64,000 nt of DNA from Polyangiaceae bacterium (GTDB lineage Bacteria; Myxococcota_A; Polyangia; Polyangiales; Polyangiaceae): NCBI GenBank assembly GCA_035063585.1, contig JAPSGB010000007.1:32001-96000 (forward strand). The letters are read 5' to 3'. Shown piece by piece: positions 47,907-59,170 of this stretch; the first letter of the stretch is position 1; each line of letters opens with the position of its first letter. The notes below the pieces were generated by a model. It did no database searches. It was given only the letters and a program-made list of their open reading frames with translations, and had not been told where the DNA came from. The position numbers and the translations under genes were made by a program.

Positions 47907-49877
47907 ATGACAGACGATCCGAAGACGATCTCGACGTTCTCGAGCGAAGAGCGACACTTCGAGCCCAGCCCGGAGTTTCGCGCGCGCGCGCGCATCAAGA
48001 GCGCCGCGGAGTACCAAGCGCTCTATCACGAGAGCATCGACCACCCCGAGACGTTCTGGGAGCGAGAGACCAGCGAGCTCGTGTTTCACACGCGCGCCCG
48101 GGCGATGCTCGAGTGGAACCTGCCCCACGCGAAGTGGTTCGTCGGCGCGACCCTGAACGCCAGCGAGAGCTGCCTCGATCGCCACCTCGCGACCGCGACC
48201 AAGGACAAGATCGCGCTCGTCTGGGAGGGCGAACCCGGAGACAGCGCGACGTTCAGCTACGCCGAGCTCCACCGTGAGGTGGTGGCCCTCGCCGCCACGC
48301 TGCGCGGCCTCGGGATTGGAAAGGGAGACCGGGTCGCCATCTACATGGGCATGGTGCCGGAGGTGGTGGTCGCCATGCTCGCCTGCGCCCGCATCGGCGC
48401 GCCGCACAGCGTGGTGTTCGGCGGGTTCGCCGCCGAGAGCCTGCGCGATCGCATCAACGACTGCGGCGCACGGCTGGTCTTGACCCAGGATGGCGCGTGG
48501 CGCCGCGGGCACGTGGTGCCGCTGAAGGCCACCGTGGACCGCGCGCTAGAGAGCGCGCCGAGTGTGGAGAAGGTCCTCGTCTTACGCCGGATCGGCGAGG
48601 AGCGGGCCCCCATCGACATGAAGCCGGGGCGCGATCTCGACTGGGAGGAGGCGATCCGCGCAGCCGACCCGGCGAGAGGCGAGGCTCCCGAGATCGTGGA
48701 CGCCGAGCACCCGCTCTTCATCCTCTACACCTCGGGCTCCACCGGCAAGCCGAAGGGCGTGCTCCACACCACGGCCGGGTTTCTCGCTGGGGTGCACGTC
48801 ACGACGAAATACGTGTTCGATCTGCGCGACGACGACGTCTACTGGTGTACCGCCGACGTCGGCTGGGTGACCGGGCACAGCTACACCGTGTACGGTCCGC
48901 TCTCGAACGGCGCGACCGCGGTGATGTACGAGGGCGCCCCGAATTTCCCGGACTGGGGCCGCTTCTGGGAGCTCATCGACAAGCACCGCGTGTCGATCCT
49001 CTATACCGCGCCGACCGCGATCCGCGCCTTCATCCGCCAGGGCACCAGCTACCTCGAGAAGGCGGACCTCTCCAGCCTGCGCCTGCTCGGCTCGGTGGGG
49101 GAGCCCATCAACCCGGAGGCGTGGATCTGGTACTACGAGAACGTCGGTCGCAAGCGCTGTCCCATCGTCGACACCTGGTGGCAGACCGAGACGGGGATGA
49201 TCATGATGACCACGCTCCCGGGCGCGCACTTCGCGAAGCCCGGCTCGACCGGGCTCCCGTTCTTCGGCGTAAAGCCCGCCGTGGTGCAGAGCGACGGCAC
49301 CGAGCTCGGCCCGAACCAGGGCGGGCTGCTCGTCATCCAGCGGCCCTGGCCGGCGATGCTCCGCACCATCTGGGGGGATGACGAGCGTTACGAGAAGCAA
49401 TACTTCTCCGAGGTCTCGAACGCGTACTTCAGCGGCGACGGCGCGCGACGCGATGAGGACGGCTACTTTCACGTGGTGGGCCGCATCGACGACGTGCTCA
49501 ACGTCGCCGGACACCGCATCGGCACCGCAGAGATCGAGAGCGCGCTGGTCGCACACCCGGCGGTGGCCGAGGCTGCCGCCGTCGGGCGGCCCGACGACCT
49601 CAAGGGGCAGTCGCTGGTCGTGTTCGTCACGCTCAAACCGCCGGCCGAGGCGAGCGACGAGATGCGCGCCGCGCTCGCCGAGCACGTCGGCGCCGAGATC
49701 GGGAAATTTGCGCGCCCGGACGAGGTGCGCTTCGCGGACGGCCTGCCCAAGACGCGGAGCGGGAAGATCATGCGTCGGCTACTCAAGGACATCGCCGCCG
49801 GGCGCGGCGCGCAGGGCGACCTCTCGACCCTCGAGGACGCGCGCGTGCTCGACGAGCTCAGCCGAAGCGAGGAGTGA
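47907..49877 (+). CDS. acs: Acetyl-CoA synthetase
   Basis: ATG 47907; [44 protein letters not shown]. Confidence 0.97.
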   Translation: MTDDPKTISTFSSEERHFEPSPEFRARARIKSAAEYQALYHESIDHPETFWERETSELVFHTRARAMLEWNLPHAKWFVGATLNASESCLDRHLATATKDKIALVWEGEPGDSATFSYAELHREVVALAATLRGLGIGKGDRVAIYMGMVPEVVVAMLACARIGAPHSVVFGGFAAESLRDRINDCGARLVLTQDGAWRRGHVVPLKATVDRALESAPSVEKVLVLRRIGEERAPIDMKPGRDLDWEEAIRAADPARGEAPEIVDAEHPLFILYTSGSTGKPKGVLHTTAGFLAGVHVTTKYVFDLRDDDVYWCTADVGWVTGHSYTVYGPLSNGATAVMYEGAPNFPDWGRFWELIDKHRVSILYTAPTAIRAFIRQGTSYLEKADLSSLRLLGSVGEPINPEAWIWYYENVGRKRCPIVDTWWQTETGMIMMTTLPGAHFAKPGSTGLPFFGVKPAVVQSDGTELGPNQGGLLVIQRPWPAMLRTIWGDDERYEKQYFSEVSNAYFSGDGARRDEDGYFHVVGRIDDVLNVAGHRIGTAEIESALVAHPAVAEAAAVGRPDDLKGQSLVVFVTLKPPAEASDEMRAALAEHVGAEIGKFARPDEVRFADGLPKTRSGKIMRRLLKDIAAGRGAQGDLSTLEDARVLDELSRSEE

Positions 49878-50578
49878 GCTCCCCGAGCACGCCCTGGGCC
49901 GGCGCGTCGCTCGTGGCGCTGCTGGCGCTCATCGGCTGCGACGCGCGGCGCGCGGCGCCGACCACGTCCGACGCGCCCTCGCTCTCCGGCGCGTGGCGGA
50001 TCGGCGCCGGGACGAACCCCGACGGCAGCGGCTATAGCGGCCGAGTGGAGGTCCGCGACGCAGGCGGCAACTACCTCATCGCGTGGGAGGTTGCCGGGAT
50101 CCTGCCGTATCACGGGGTCGGGCTCCGGCTCGGAGACTGGCTCGCCGCGGCGCGCGCGCCCGGCGACGACGCGGAGCTCATCGCCTACGAAGTCGACGGC
50201 GGGCACCTGGTCGGACGGAGCGCCGCGATGAGAGCGCCGGGCAAGCTCGGCGTCGAGACGCTCGAGGGACGCCCGGGCGTGAGCGGGAGCTACCGGATCG
50301 TCACCGCGCGTGCGGCGGGCGGCGGCAGCTACGCGGGGCGCGTCACCATCACGCCGACGGGCCCCTCGCTTCGCCTGCGCTGGGAGCTCGGCGCCGCCAC
50401 GCTCGAGGGCGTCGGGCTACTCGAGGGGCGCATGCTCGTCGCGGGGCGAGCGTCCAGCGGCGCGGGTGTCGCGCTCTATCATCGCGCGGGAGCGTCCCTC
50501 GAGGGCCGGTGGGCGACCTCGCGGAGCGCCACGCTCGGCAGCGAGACGCTCGAGCGATCGGACGCCGCCGCCGACTGA
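49874..50578 (+). CDS. Hypothetical lipoprotein with two internal beta-rich repeats
   Basis: GTGA overlap with acs; LIGC lipobox; repeats [23 protein letters not shown] / [23 protein letters not shown], each ending in G.ETLE. Confidence 0.65.
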   Translation: MSSPSTPWAGASLVALLALIGCDARRAAPTTSDAPSLSGAWRIGAGTNPDGSGYSGRVEVRDAGGNYLIAWEVAGILPYHGVGLRLGDWLAAARAPGDDAELIAYEVDGGHLVGRSAAMRAPGKLGVETLEGRPGVSGSYRIVTARAAGGGSYAGRVTITPTGPSLRLRWELGAATLEGVGLLEGRMLVAGRASSGAGVALYHRAGASLEGRWATSRSATLGSETLERSDAAAD

Positions 50579-50617
50579 GCCGGCACCGCCGGGGGGGAGC
50601 GCGCCGCGCGACCGGGC

Positions 50618-51916
50618 TCAGACGAGCTCGATGAGCTCGCGCAGGATGACGAATCCGTCCTCGAAGTCGCGGAGCTTCGCCTGCTCGTTGGGGGCGTGAT
50701 AGTAGATGCTGCGGCCGAACCCGGTGATCTGGACGTCGAAGCCGCTGCGCTGGAGATCGCGCACCAGCGGCAGCGAGCCGGTCATGCTGTACGGAGCGAC
50801 CGCGTCGGCGCCGCGAGCCGAGCGCATGGCTCGCTCGAGCGCGGCGAGCCCCGGCGACTCGAGATCACAGGCGATGCCTTCCATGAAGCGGCCCTTCTGC
50901 GTGAGGGCGAGGTGCCCGGACTCCCCGTTTACGGTGCGGGTGCGCGGGAAGCCCGCCGGCGGATCGCCGCGCTGGATCCGCTCGTCGAGCTTTTTCACGA
51001 AGTCGATGGCGCCGGCGACCGCCGCGTTCATGTCATAGAAGGGGACCAGCCGGATGTCGCCGCTCACGGTGACGGCGCCAGGGATCTTCGACGTCTTCTG
51101 GTTCGCGGCGTTGATGACCGTCGCCTTCAGGGTGCTCGAGGAGAGAAAGCCGTAGCGGGCCTCGTCCGGGTGCGTCGGGAAGGCTCCCCGGAACCACTCG
51201 CCCAGCGCGAGGGTGGTCGCCATGGCGAGCTCGAGCGCGTTCACGCAGTTGTGGGTGAGGCCCGAGTGGCCGGGCACGCCCTCGACCGCGAGCTCCCACA
51301 TGCACATGCCGCCGGTGCCGACGGTCGGCCCGAAATCCGCGCTGTCGAGCCAGTAGATCGGCCCGCCGCGGAGCGCGTCGAGGTGCCCTGCGCCGACCAC
51401 GTAGTCGAGCCCGATCTCGGGGAGCGGCGCCTCCTCCTCGTTCGAGATGAGGACGACCGAGACGGTGCGGCGCGGGCGGCGGCCGCTCTCGGCGAGCCAG
51501 CGGAGATACTCGGTGAGCAGCGCGACGTGACCGAGGCAGTCGGTGACACCGCGAGCGTAGAGCGTGCCGTCATCCTCGACGCGCAGCTCGAACGGATCGT
51601 GCGTCCAACCCTCCCCCTCGCGGTCCGCCGGGACGACGTCGAAGTGTGCGCCGACCAGCCCGATGGTGCCCGCCTCGGCGCCCGTCACGGTGAGCATCAG
51701 GTTCGGGCGCGCCTCATGGCCGGGCGCCGCGAGGCGCTCGGCGCGTATGAACCCGCGCTCGATGTGCGGGCGAAGCTCCTCGAGCACGACCTCGGCCGCC
51801 AGGCGCTCCTCCGGGATGAGCCCGACCCCCGGCGAGTTCTGAAGCCGCGGCGTGAGCGCGATCAGGCGGCGGAGGATGTCGATGAAGCGGGCCCGGTCCA
51901 AGGTCTCGGTGTTCAC
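50618..51916 (-). CDS. M20 metallopeptidase, acetylornithine deacetylase-like (plant/protist-type signature); alternative start 51958
   Basis: GAHFDVV, YARGVTDCLGHVA, NEE, WLDSAD, GHSG, YHAPNE. Confidence 0.88.
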   Translation of the reverse strand: MNTETLDRARFIDILRRLIALTPRLQNSPGVGLIPEERLAAEVVLEELRPHIERGFIRAERLAAPGHEARPNLMLTVTGAEAGTIGLVGAHFDVVPADREGEGWTHDPFELRVEDDGTLYARGVTDCLGHVALLTEYLRWLAESGRRPRRTVSVVLISNEEEAPLPEIGLDYVVGAGHLDALRGGPIYWLDSADFGPTVGTGGMCMWELAVEGVPGHSGLTHNCVNALELAMATTLALGEWFRGAFPTHPDEARYGFLSSSTLKATVINAANQKTSKIPGAVTVSGDIRLVPFYDMNAAVAGAIDFVKKLDERIQRGDPPAGFPRTRTVNGESGHLALTQKGRFMEGIACDLESPGLAALERAMRSARGADAVAPYSMTGSLPLVRDLQRSGFDVQITGFGRSIYYHAPNEQAKLRDFEDGFVILRELIELV

Positions 51917-52014
51917 GAGTCGAGTGCCGATCTGCCAGGATCCACCGGGATCCGTCAATCAATATGCGCCCCGGAGGGCGGCCCCTCCGGGTCTCGGCTA
52001 TGCTCGGTCGAGAG

Positions 52015-52779
52015 ATGCGCGCCATCATCATCGGCGCCGGACGCGGAAGCCGGCTCCGCCACGAGACCGATCACATCCCGAAGACGCTGGTCGAGGTCAT
52101 GGGCCGCCCGATGCTCGAGTGGATCCTCGAGGCGCTCGCGGCGGCCGGCATCGAGCGGCGGGACATCATCTTCATCAGCGGCTACGCGGAGGAGGCGGTG
52201 CGTTCGCGCTACCCCGAGCTCACCTTCGTCCGTAACGCGGACTGGGAGAAGAACAACATCCTCCTCTCGCTCCTCAGCGCGCGTGAGTTCCTGTCGGAGG
52301 GCTTCCTCTCGACCTACGCCGACATCATCTATGACGGCGAGGTAGCGAAACGGCTCGCGAGGAGCCCGCACGACATCGTGCTCGGCTGCGACACCGCGTG
52401 GCGGCGGCGCTATGTGAGCCGCAGCCAACACCCGGAGACGGACGCCGAGAAGATGCGAGTCGACGGCGACCGCGTGCTCGAGGTCGGACGGACCATCCCG
52501 AGCGAGGCCGCGGATGGCGAGTTCATCGGCGTCATGAAGCTCTCTCCTGCGGGGGCGCGCGAGCTCGTGCGAGCCTTCGACGCCGCGCGCGCCGAGCACG
52601 CGGGCCGTGTCTGGCGAGAGGGCCGCACCTTCGAGCGGGCTTACCTCATCGATCTCCTGGCGACCATGCTCGAGACCGGCAGCGTGATGCACCATGAGGA
52701 CACCCCGGGCGGCTACATGGAGATCGACACGCTCGAGGATCTCGAGCTGGCCGGCGGCTGGTGGAACCACCGCGCGTGA
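52015..52779 (+). CDS. LicC-like nucleotidyltransferase (phosphocholine cytidylyltransferase family)
   Basis: MRAIIIGAGRGSRL..PKTL, N.DW.KNNILLSL, YADIIY, GEFIG, EIDT.EDL. Confidence 0.85.
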   Translation: MRAIIIGAGRGSRLRHETDHIPKTLVEVMGRPMLEWILEALAAAGIERRDIIFISGYAEEAVRSRYPELTFVRNADWEKNNILLSLLSAREFLSEGFLSTYADIIYDGEVAKRLARSPHDIVLGCDTAWRRRYVSRSQHPETDAEKMRVDGDRVLEVGRTIPSEAADGEFIGVMKLSPAGARELVRAFDAARAEHAGRVWREGRTFERAYLIDLLATMLETGSVMHHEDTPGGYMEIDTLEDLELAGGWWNHRA

Positions 52780-53552
52780 ACGAGACCATCAGCGACGCGC
52801 GCGCGCTCATCGAACGACTCGCCCGCGCTCGCGCCGGCGGACCGGGCGCGCTCGTGTTCGACGCCGACGGCACCCTCTGGTCCGGGGACGTGTCGGAAGA
52901 CACGTTCGAGTACGCGGTCTCGCGCGGACTCTTGCGCGCGGCTGCACGAGACGCGCTCGCCGAGGACGCTCGGGCCCACGGGCTCGAAGCGACCGGCGAT
53001 GCGTCACTGATCGCGGGGACCATCTTCCAGGCGTATCGTGATGGGCGCTATCCCGAGCGCGACGTGTGCAGGATGATGACGTGGTGCTACGCGGGCTTCA
53101 CGAGGGGGGAGCTCGACGCGCTCGGGCGCGAAGCGCTCGAGGCCGCAGGACTCGAGGCACGCACCAACCGCGCGCTCGAACCCGTCATCCTGTGGGCGCG
53201 GCGCGAGGGGTTCCAGCTCGCCGTGGTGAGCGCCTCTCCCGCGCCGCTGGTCGCGCTCGCCGCTCCCGCGCTGGGCTTCTCCCTGGGTGAAATCGCCGCC
53301 TCGACCCCGCGCTTCGACGCCGCGCGCATGGCGCCAGCGCTCTCCTTCGAGGTGCCATACGCCGAGTCCAAGCTCCCGGCCGCGCGCGCGCTCATCGGCG
53401 ACGCGGACTGGCTCGCGAGCTTCGGTGACAGCGCCTTCGACGAGGCGATGCTCCGCGCCGCACGCGTGGGCGTCGCGGTGCGCCCGAAGCCTGCGCTCCG
53501 CGCGCGGCTCGGCGAGCTCCCCCACGTCGTCATCTTCGACGCGGAGAGCTAG
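52776..53552 (+). CDS. HAD-superfamily hydrolase (IB, phosphoserine-phosphatase-like)
   Basis: GTGA overlap; FDADGTLW, VVSAS, K, FGDSAFDEAML. Confidence 0.87.
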   Translation: MNETISDARALIERLARARAGGPGALVFDADGTLWSGDVSEDTFEYAVSRGLLRAAARDALAEDARAHGLEATGDASLIAGTIFQAYRDGRYPERDVCRMMTWCYAGFTRGELDALGREALEAAGLEARTNRALEPVILWARREGFQLAVVSASPAPLVALAAPALGFSLGEIAASTPRFDAARMAPALSFEVPYAESKLPAARALIGDADWLASFGDSAFDEAMLRAARVGVAVRPKPALRARLGELPHVVIFDAES

Positions 53553-53646
53553 CCCTCAGGAATTTTCCGCCGCGAGTCGAAGCAGGCGGCGACGCGGGCC
53601 GGAGCGGTTGTAGCCCCGCGCGCGGAGCGCTACTCCTCTGGCCTCG

Positions 53647-54369
53647 ATGACGATGAGCGCACGGCGAACTCTCGGCGGCTGGGCCGCCGCCCTCTCCCTC
53701 CTGGCCGGCTGCGGCAACTCCACCCCGCCCCCGAAGGCCGCGACCGAGGACGTCGCGCCGCAGCGGGCTCGCGGGGGTCCGGTCCCCGAGGTCAGCGCCG
53801 AGATCGGCGCCCTCGACGAGGACGCGGTGACCCGCACCTTCGCCGCGTCCCTCGGGAGCCTGCAGCGCTGTCTCGAGGCGGGCGCCAGGCGCGTCGAGTA
53901 CCTCGGCGGCTCGGTCGGCTTCGCCCTCGAAATCGACCAGAGCGGGGCGCTCGCGGACGCGCGCGTCTCCGAGTCCACGCTCGGGAGCCTCGAGACCGAG
54001 CAATGCATGCTCGACGCGCTCCGCAAGCAGAGCTGGCCCAAGCCGGTGGGCGGAAAGAAGGGGCTCGCCGGAAAATCGTTCGACTTCGAGCCGCCGAGTG
54101 ACGTGCGTGCTCCCACCGAGTGGTCGAGCGACCGCGTCGACGATACGCTCTCCAAGCTCTCGTCGAAAATCGCGAGCTGCAAGGAGAGCGCGGGCGGGAG
54201 CTTCACCGCGACGGTGTACGTCGACACCAGCGGCAAGGCGCTCTCGGTCGGCCTCGCCTGGTCCGAGCGCGGCGGCGAGGAGGCCGTGGAGTGCCTCGCC
54301 GCGCTCCTCCGCGAGGCGACCTATCCGTCGCCCGGGAGCTGGCCCGCCAAGGTGAGCTTCTCGCTCTGA
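53647..54369 (+). CDS. Lipoprotein with tandem AgmX/PglI (TonB-C-like) domains
   Basis: LAGC lipobox; two repeats: C...IDQSG...ESTLG..EQCML..WPKP and C...VDTSG...ECLA..YPSP. Confidence 0.65.
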   Translation: MTMSARRTLGGWAAALSLLAGCGNSTPPPKAATEDVAPQRARGGPVPEVSAEIGALDEDAVTRTFAASLGSLQRCLEAGARRVEYLGGSVGFALEIDQSGALADARVSESTLGSLETEQCMLDALRKQSWPKPVGGKKGLAGKSFDFEPPSDVRAPTEWSSDRVDDTLSKLSSKIASCKESAGGSFTATVYVDTSGKALSVGLAWSERGGEEAVECLAALLREATYPSPGSWPAKVSFSL

Positions 54370-54382
54370 CTCGCGCTCTTCC

Positions 54383-55138
54383 ATGCTCGATCTGACCGGC
54401 AAGCGAGCGCTAGTGACCGGCGCCGGGCAGCGCCTCGGTCGCGCCATCGCCGAGGCGCTCGGCGCCGCCCGCATGCAGGTCGCCGTGCACTATCACGCGA
54501 GCGACGCGGGCGCGGCGGCGACCGCGAGCGTCATCACCGCGGCCGGCGGGCGCGCGGTGACGCTCCGCGCCGATCTCACCGATCGCGGCGCGGCGCGGCG
54601 GCTGGTTGCCGAGAGCGCGGACGCGCTCGGCGGGCTCGACTTGCTGGTCTCGAGCGCCGCCAACTTCGATCGCGTGCGCTGGAGCGAGGTCGATGACGCC
54701 GCTTGGGACCGCGCCCTCGCGCTGAACCTCACCGCTCCGTTCGAGCTCGCGCGCGCGGCGACACCGCTGCTCCGCGCGAGCCGAGGCTCGATGGTCTTCA
54801 TCACCTGCTCGAGCGCCACCGCCCCCTTCGCGAACCACGCCCCGTACGTCGTGTCGAAGGGTGCGCTCCGGGCGTTCATGCGCGTGCTCGCGCTCGAGCT
54901 CGCGCCCGAGGTCCGTGTGAACGCCGTCGCGCCGGGCACCGTGCTCCCTCCCCCGACGATGAGCCCGGACGCGGTCGCGCGGGTCGCCCGGCAGGCGCCG
55001 CTCGCGCGCGTCGGCTCCGCGGCGGACGTCGCCGAGGCGGTGCTCTACTTCGCTCGCGCGCCGTTCGTCACCGGGGAGGAGCTCCGGGTCGATGGCGGCC
55101 GCGGCGTCGCGCGCGTCCAGCCCCCGGGTGAGCGGTGA
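54383..55138 (+). CDS. SDR oxidoreductase, pteridine reductase/FolM-like
   Basis: TGAGQRLG (GxxxRxG), [23 protein letters not shown]. Confidence 0.85.
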   Translation: MLDLTGKRALVTGAGQRLGRAIAEALGAARMQVAVHYHASDAGAAATASVITAAGGRAVTLRADLTDRGAARRLVAESADALGGLDLLVSSAANFDRVRWSEVDDAAWDRALALNLTAPFELARAATPLLRASRGSMVFITCSSATAPFANHAPYVVSKGALRAFMRVLALELAPEVRVNAVAPGTVLPPPTMSPDAVARVARQAPLARVGSAADVAEAVLYFARAPFVTGEELRVDGGRGVARVQPPGER

Positions 55139-55226
55139 GGCCGGCTCGGCGCCGGGCCGGCGCGTCCGAGGCGCGGCGCCCCGAGCCGCTGGCGCTCACG
55201 CGCTGCGTCCTCCACACTCTGCGCCC

Positions 55227-56423
55227 ATGAGCGAGCGGGCCCGCGCCGGCTGGTACGGAGACTACGGAGGTCGCTTCGTCGCCGAGACGCTGGTGCCGGC
55301 GCTCGAGGAGCTCACCCGCGCGTTCGAGTCCGTGGTAGGGCGCGCGGATTTCCAGACCGAGTGGCGGGGCCTCCTCGCGAGCTACGTGGGGCGTCCGACG
55401 CCGCTCTATCGCGCGCGACGCCTCGAGGAGACGCTCGGTGGAGACGTCGCCGAGCTCTGGCTCAAGCGCGAGGATCTCTGCCACACGGGCGCGCACAAGA
55501 TAAATAACGCGCTCGGGCAGGTGCTGCTCGCCCGAAGGCTGGGCAAGACGCGGATCATCGCCGAGACGGGCGCCGGGCAGCACGGCGTGGCGACGGCGAC
55601 CGCCTGCGCGGTGCTCGGGCTCCCGTGCGAGGTCTACATGGGCGCGGTGGACGTCGAGCGGCAGGCGCCGAACGTGCTCCGCATGAAGCGGCTCGGCGCG
55701 CGTGTGCTCCCGGTGACCAGCGGCTCACGGACGCTCAAGGACGCCATGAACGAGGCGCTCCGCGACTGGGTCACCCACGTCGACACCACGCACTACTGCG
55801 TCGGCTCCGCGGCAGGGCCACACCCGTACCCGGCCTTGGTGAGCGAGCTGCAGCGGGTCATCGGCGACGAAGCGCGCGAGCAGGTCCTGTCGGCGTCGGG
55901 CGCGCTCCCCGACGCGCTCATCGCCTGCGTGGGCGGCGGTTCGAACGCGATCGGGCTCTTTCGCGCGTTCCTCGACGACCTCGAGGTGAGCCTCTACGGC
56001 GTCGAGGCCGCCGGCGAGGGTCTCGACACCGGCCGTCACGCGGCGACCCTCGGGGCAGGACGGCTCGGCGTGCTCCACGGCGCGCGCACCATGGTCCTCG
56101 CCGACGACGACGGCCAGATCCTGGAGGCTCACTCGGTGAGCGCCGGGCTCGACTACCCGGGCGTCGGACCGGAGCACGCCGCGCTCGCGGCGAGCGGCCG
56201 CGCCACCTACCTCTCGGCGACCGATCGCGAGGCCATCGCCCAGACCGAGCTGCTCGCTCGTCGCGAAGGCCTGCTCATCGCGCTCGAGACGGCGCACGCC
56301 TTCGCGCGCGTCGCCGACGTCGCGAGGCGCGAGCGAGCGCGGCGCGGCCGCCCCGCCCGGCTCGTCGTCAACCTGTCGGGACGGGGCGACAAGGATCTCT
56401 CGACGCTCGAGGCGCTCGCGTGA
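55227..56423 (+). CDS. trpB: Tryptophan synthase beta subunit
   Basis: ATG 55227; [57 protein letters not shown]. Confidence 0.98.
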   Translation: MSERARAGWYGDYGGRFVAETLVPALEELTRAFESVVGRADFQTEWRGLLASYVGRPTPLYRARRLEETLGGDVAELWLKREDLCHTGAHKINNALGQVLLARRLGKTRIIAETGAGQHGVATATACAVLGLPCEVYMGAVDVERQAPNVLRMKRLGARVLPVTSGSRTLKDAMNEALRDWVTHVDTTHYCVGSAAGPHPYPALVSELQRVIGDEAREQVLSASGALPDALIACVGGGSNAIGLFRAFLDDLEVSLYGVEAAGEGLDTGRHAATLGAGRLGVLHGARTMVLADDDGQILEAHSVSAGLDYPGVGPEHAALAASGRATYLSATDREAIAQTELLARREGLLIALETAHAFARVADVARRERARRGRPARLVVNLSGRGDKDLSTLEALA

Positions 56424-57229
56424 CGAGCGCACGCATCGCGGAGTGCTTCGCGCTCGCGCGCGCCGAGCAGCGGACGGCCCTGGTCGCCTTCCTCACCGTC
56501 GGCGACCCTTCGCCGGAAGACACCACCGCGTGCGCGCTCGCCGCGCTCGAGGCCGGCGCCGATGTCCTCGAGCTCGGCGTCCCGTTCAGCGATCCGACCG
56601 CGGACGGGCCCGTCATCGCTGCCGCCGCGCACCGCGCCATCCGCCAGGGCGGCTCGCTCCGCGCGGCGCTCCGCGTCGCCGAGGCGGTGCGCGCGCGCTC
56701 GGAGGCTCCGCTCATCCTGTTCTCTTACATGAACCCGATCATCGCGGCCGGGGAGACGGCGCTGCCGGCGCTCGCCGGCAGCGCCGGCGTCGACGGTCTG
56801 CTGGTCGTGGATCTGCCGCCGGAGGAGGGTGCCGCGCTCCGCGACGCGGCCGACGCCGCCGGGCTCGCCATGATCCCCCTCGTCGCGCCGACCACCGGGC
56901 CCGAGCGCGAGCCGCGGGTTCTCGCGCGCGCCTCGGGATTCATCTATTACGTCTCGCTCACCGGCGTGACCGGCTCGGCCGAGGCGCCGCTCGCCGAGGC
57001 AGGCCGCCGCGCCGCGGAGCTCGCGCGAAGGAGCACGCTGCCGGTGTGCGTCGGGTTCGGTATCGACTCGCCCGAGAAGGCGCGCGCGGTCGCGGACACG
57101 GGGGTGGACGGCGTCGTGGTCGGCACCGCGCTGGTCCGGGCCATCGCCGCCGAGCCGACGCGGGCCCGCCGCGTCGAGGCCGTCGCTCGGCTGGTGGCGC
57201 GCCTGCGCCAGCGGCTCGACGAGCGCTAG
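56420..57229 (+). CDS. trpA: Tryptophan synthase alpha subunit
   Basis: GTGA overlap with trp[43 protein letters not shown]. Confidence 0.97.
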   Translation: MTSARIAECFALARAEQRTALVAFLTVGDPSPEDTTACALAALEAGADVLELGVPFSDPTADGPVIAAAAHRAIRQGGSLRAALRVAEAVRARSEAPLILFSYMNPIIAAGETALPALAGSAGVDGLLVVDLPPEEGAALRDAADAAGLAMIPLVAPTTGPEREPRVLARASGFIYYVSLTGVTGSAEAPLAEAGRRAAELARRSTLPVCVGFGIDSPEKARAVADTGVDGVVVGTALVRAIAAEPTRARRVEAVARLVARLRQRLDER

Positions 57230-57306
57230 CTTCGAGCCTCGACGCGCCGGCCCCGCCCCCGCCCCTCGGCTGGCTAAGCTCGCTGCGCGCCGCGTCGGCG
57301 CACGCG

Positions 57307-58047
57307 TCAGCTCCGGAGGGTCGCCGCGAAGAGCGCGACGAGCTTCGCGTAAGCGCGCTCGGCCGCGTCGCGCTCGTACGCCGGGCTCCCCGGCACCGTC
57401 CAGCCGTGGCTCACGCCCGGATAGAGCTCGCTCTCGTAAGCGCCGCCCCAGCCGGCGAGCGCGCTCTCGAGCTCGCGGATCGCGGACCTCGGCATCGAGC
57501 GATCTCCCGAGGCGTGCGCGAAATAGAGTCGAGCGCGCACGCGAGGGAGCACGCGGTGCGGGCTCGACGGCTGCTCGGTGACCAGATGCCCGCCGTGGAA
57601 GGACGCCGCCGCGGCGATCCGCTCGGGGCGCGCGGCGGCGGTCCGTAGCGCCATCGCGCCGCTGAAGCAGTACCCGACCACCCCGAGCGGTCCCGGTCTC
57701 GCGCCGGCCTCGCTCAAGAAATCGATGTACGCGCTCCCGTCGGCTTCCATCACCTCCGGCGTGAGCGGGCCGCGCAGCTCGCCCATCCGCTTCAGGGTGC
57801 GTGGCTCGCTGAAGTTCGGCTCGAACTCGAAGACCGGCGAGCGGCGGGTTCGGAAGAACAGGTTGGGCAGGAGGACCAGATACCCTTCCCCGGCGAGCCG
57901 GCGCGCCATGTCGCGCTGCGCGGGGCGCACTCCCATGACATCCGGGTAATGTAGGATCCCGGGCCAAGGCCCCTCGCCCTCCGGCGCGAGCAGCACCGCG
58001 TCGACCACTCCGTCCGCCAGGGTGAGCTCGACGTCGCGTTCCATCAT
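57307..58047 (-). CDS. Dienelactone hydrolase family protein
   Basis: PDVMGVR, GYCFSG nucleophile motif, SFHGG, YPGVSHGW. Confidence 0.92.
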   Translation of the reverse strand: MMERDVELTLADGVVDAVLLAPEGEGPWPGILHYPDVMGVRPAQRDMARRLAGEGYLVLLPNLFFRTRRSPVFEFEPNFSEPRTLKRMGELRGPLTPEVMEADGSAYIDFLSEAGARPGPLGVVGYCFSGAMALRTAAARPERIAAAASFHGGHLVTEQPSSPHRVLPRVRARLYFAHASGDRSMPRSAIRELESALAGWGGAYESELYPGVSHGWTVPGSPAYERDAAERAYAKLVALFAATLRS

Positions 58048-58059
58048 GACCGACCCTTA

Positions 58060-58701
58060 TCACGACTCATCGGGAGGGATGTCGGGGCGGCGCGCCGCCT
58101 GGCGCGCGCGCTCGATGAAGCGTCGCACCCGCTCCGCGTCCTTCTGGCGCGGCGACGCCTCGACCCCGCTCGCGACATCGACACCGAAAGGCTCCACCGC
58201 CGCGATCGCGCGCGCGACGTTGTCCGGCGTGAGCCCGCCCGCCACGATCACGCGCCGCTGGCGCGCGAGCCCTCGCACCAGCGCCCAGTCGAAGCTCGCG
58301 CCGGTGCCACCGAGCGCGCCCGCCACGCGCGCGTCGCAGAGGAGGCGCTCCCCGCCGTAGCCCGCGGCCCGGGCGGCGTCCTCGGGGCCGCCGATCCGCA
58401 CTGCCTGATAGGCGCGAGGCAGGAGCGCCGCGACCGCGCTGGGCGGCTCGTGACCGTGCAGCTGCAGGGCGTCGAGCGCGAGCTCGGCCAGGAGCGCGCG
58501 CGCCTGCTCGGTCGCAAGATCGGCGACCACGCCGATGAGCTCGACGCGCCCGCGCACCGCGTCGGCGACGCGCCGCGCGGTGGCGCGGTCGAGCGCACGC
58601 GGCGAGCCCTCGATGAAGTTCAAGCCCAGCGCGTCGGCGCCCGACTCTGCCGCGAGGAGCGCGTCGCCTACCGTAGTGACTCCGCAAATCTTGATCCACA
58701 T
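58060..58701 (-). CDS. trpF: Phosphoribosylanthranilate isomerase
   Basis: IKICGVT, LQLHGHE, GGTGASFDW, AGGLTPDNV, VDVASGVE. Confidence 0.97.
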   Translation of the reverse strand: MWIKICGVTTVGDALLAAESGADALGLNFIEGSPRALDRATARRVADAVRGRVELIGVVADLATEQARALLAELALDALQLHGHEPPSAVAALLPRAYQAVRIGGPEDAARAAGYGGERLLCDARVAGALGGTGASFDWALVRGLARQRRVIVAGGLTPDNVARAIAAVEPFGVDVASGVEASPRQKDAERVRRFIERARQAARRPDIPPDES

Positions 58702-58747
58702 CGAGTACGTCAGCTCACGCGCACGCCGCCGCCGCGCGCGACGGTCC

Positions 58748-58775
58748 GCGCGGTTCCGCGCCGGGCCGACCTCCC
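58748..58775. repeat. REP-like dispersed repeat copy
   Basis: gcgcggttccgcgccgggccgacctccc matches 38986-39013 at 26/28 positions. Confidence 0.7.
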
Positions 58776-58787
58776 CTTCCCCGGACG

Positions 58788-59165
58788 CTACGCGATCTTG
58801 AGGAGCTCCTTCACGGTCGCGATCACCTGGGGCGCCTGGATCGGCTTGGTGATGTAGGCGTTGGCCCCGAGCTGGAGCGCGCGATGGCGATCTTCTTGCG
58901 AGCCCTCGGTGGTGATGATGACGATGGGCGTGTCCTTGTGCACCGGATCGCTCCGCACCCGCTTGACGAGCTTGAGCCCGTCCATGATCGGCATGTTGAT
59001 GTCGGTGACGATGATGTCATAGCGCGCCGAGGCGAGCTTCCGGAGCCCATCGACTCCGTCGTCAGCCTCGGTGACGCGCAGGTTCTTCACGCGGGCCAGC
59101 GCAAACACCAAGAGCTGCCGCATCATCGGGGAGTCTTCAACGATCAGGCAGGAGAATTCAGCCAT
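58788..59165 (-). CDS. Single-domain CheY-like response regulator
   Basis: LIVEDS, TDINMP.MDG, TTE, YITKP. Confidence 0.93.
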   Translation of the reverse strand: MAEFSCLIVEDSPMMRQLLVFALARVKNLRVTEADDGVDGLRKLASARYDIIVTDINMPIMDGLKLVKRVRSDPVHKDTPIVIITTEGSQEDRHRALQLGANAYITKPIQAPQVIATVKELLKIA

Positions 59166-59170
59166 GACAA

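Noticed and set aside
55625..56419. Long N-terminal extension on TrpA (534-aa ORF)
   Set aside because: Alternative frame inside trpB; trpA starts at the GTGA overlap at 56420.
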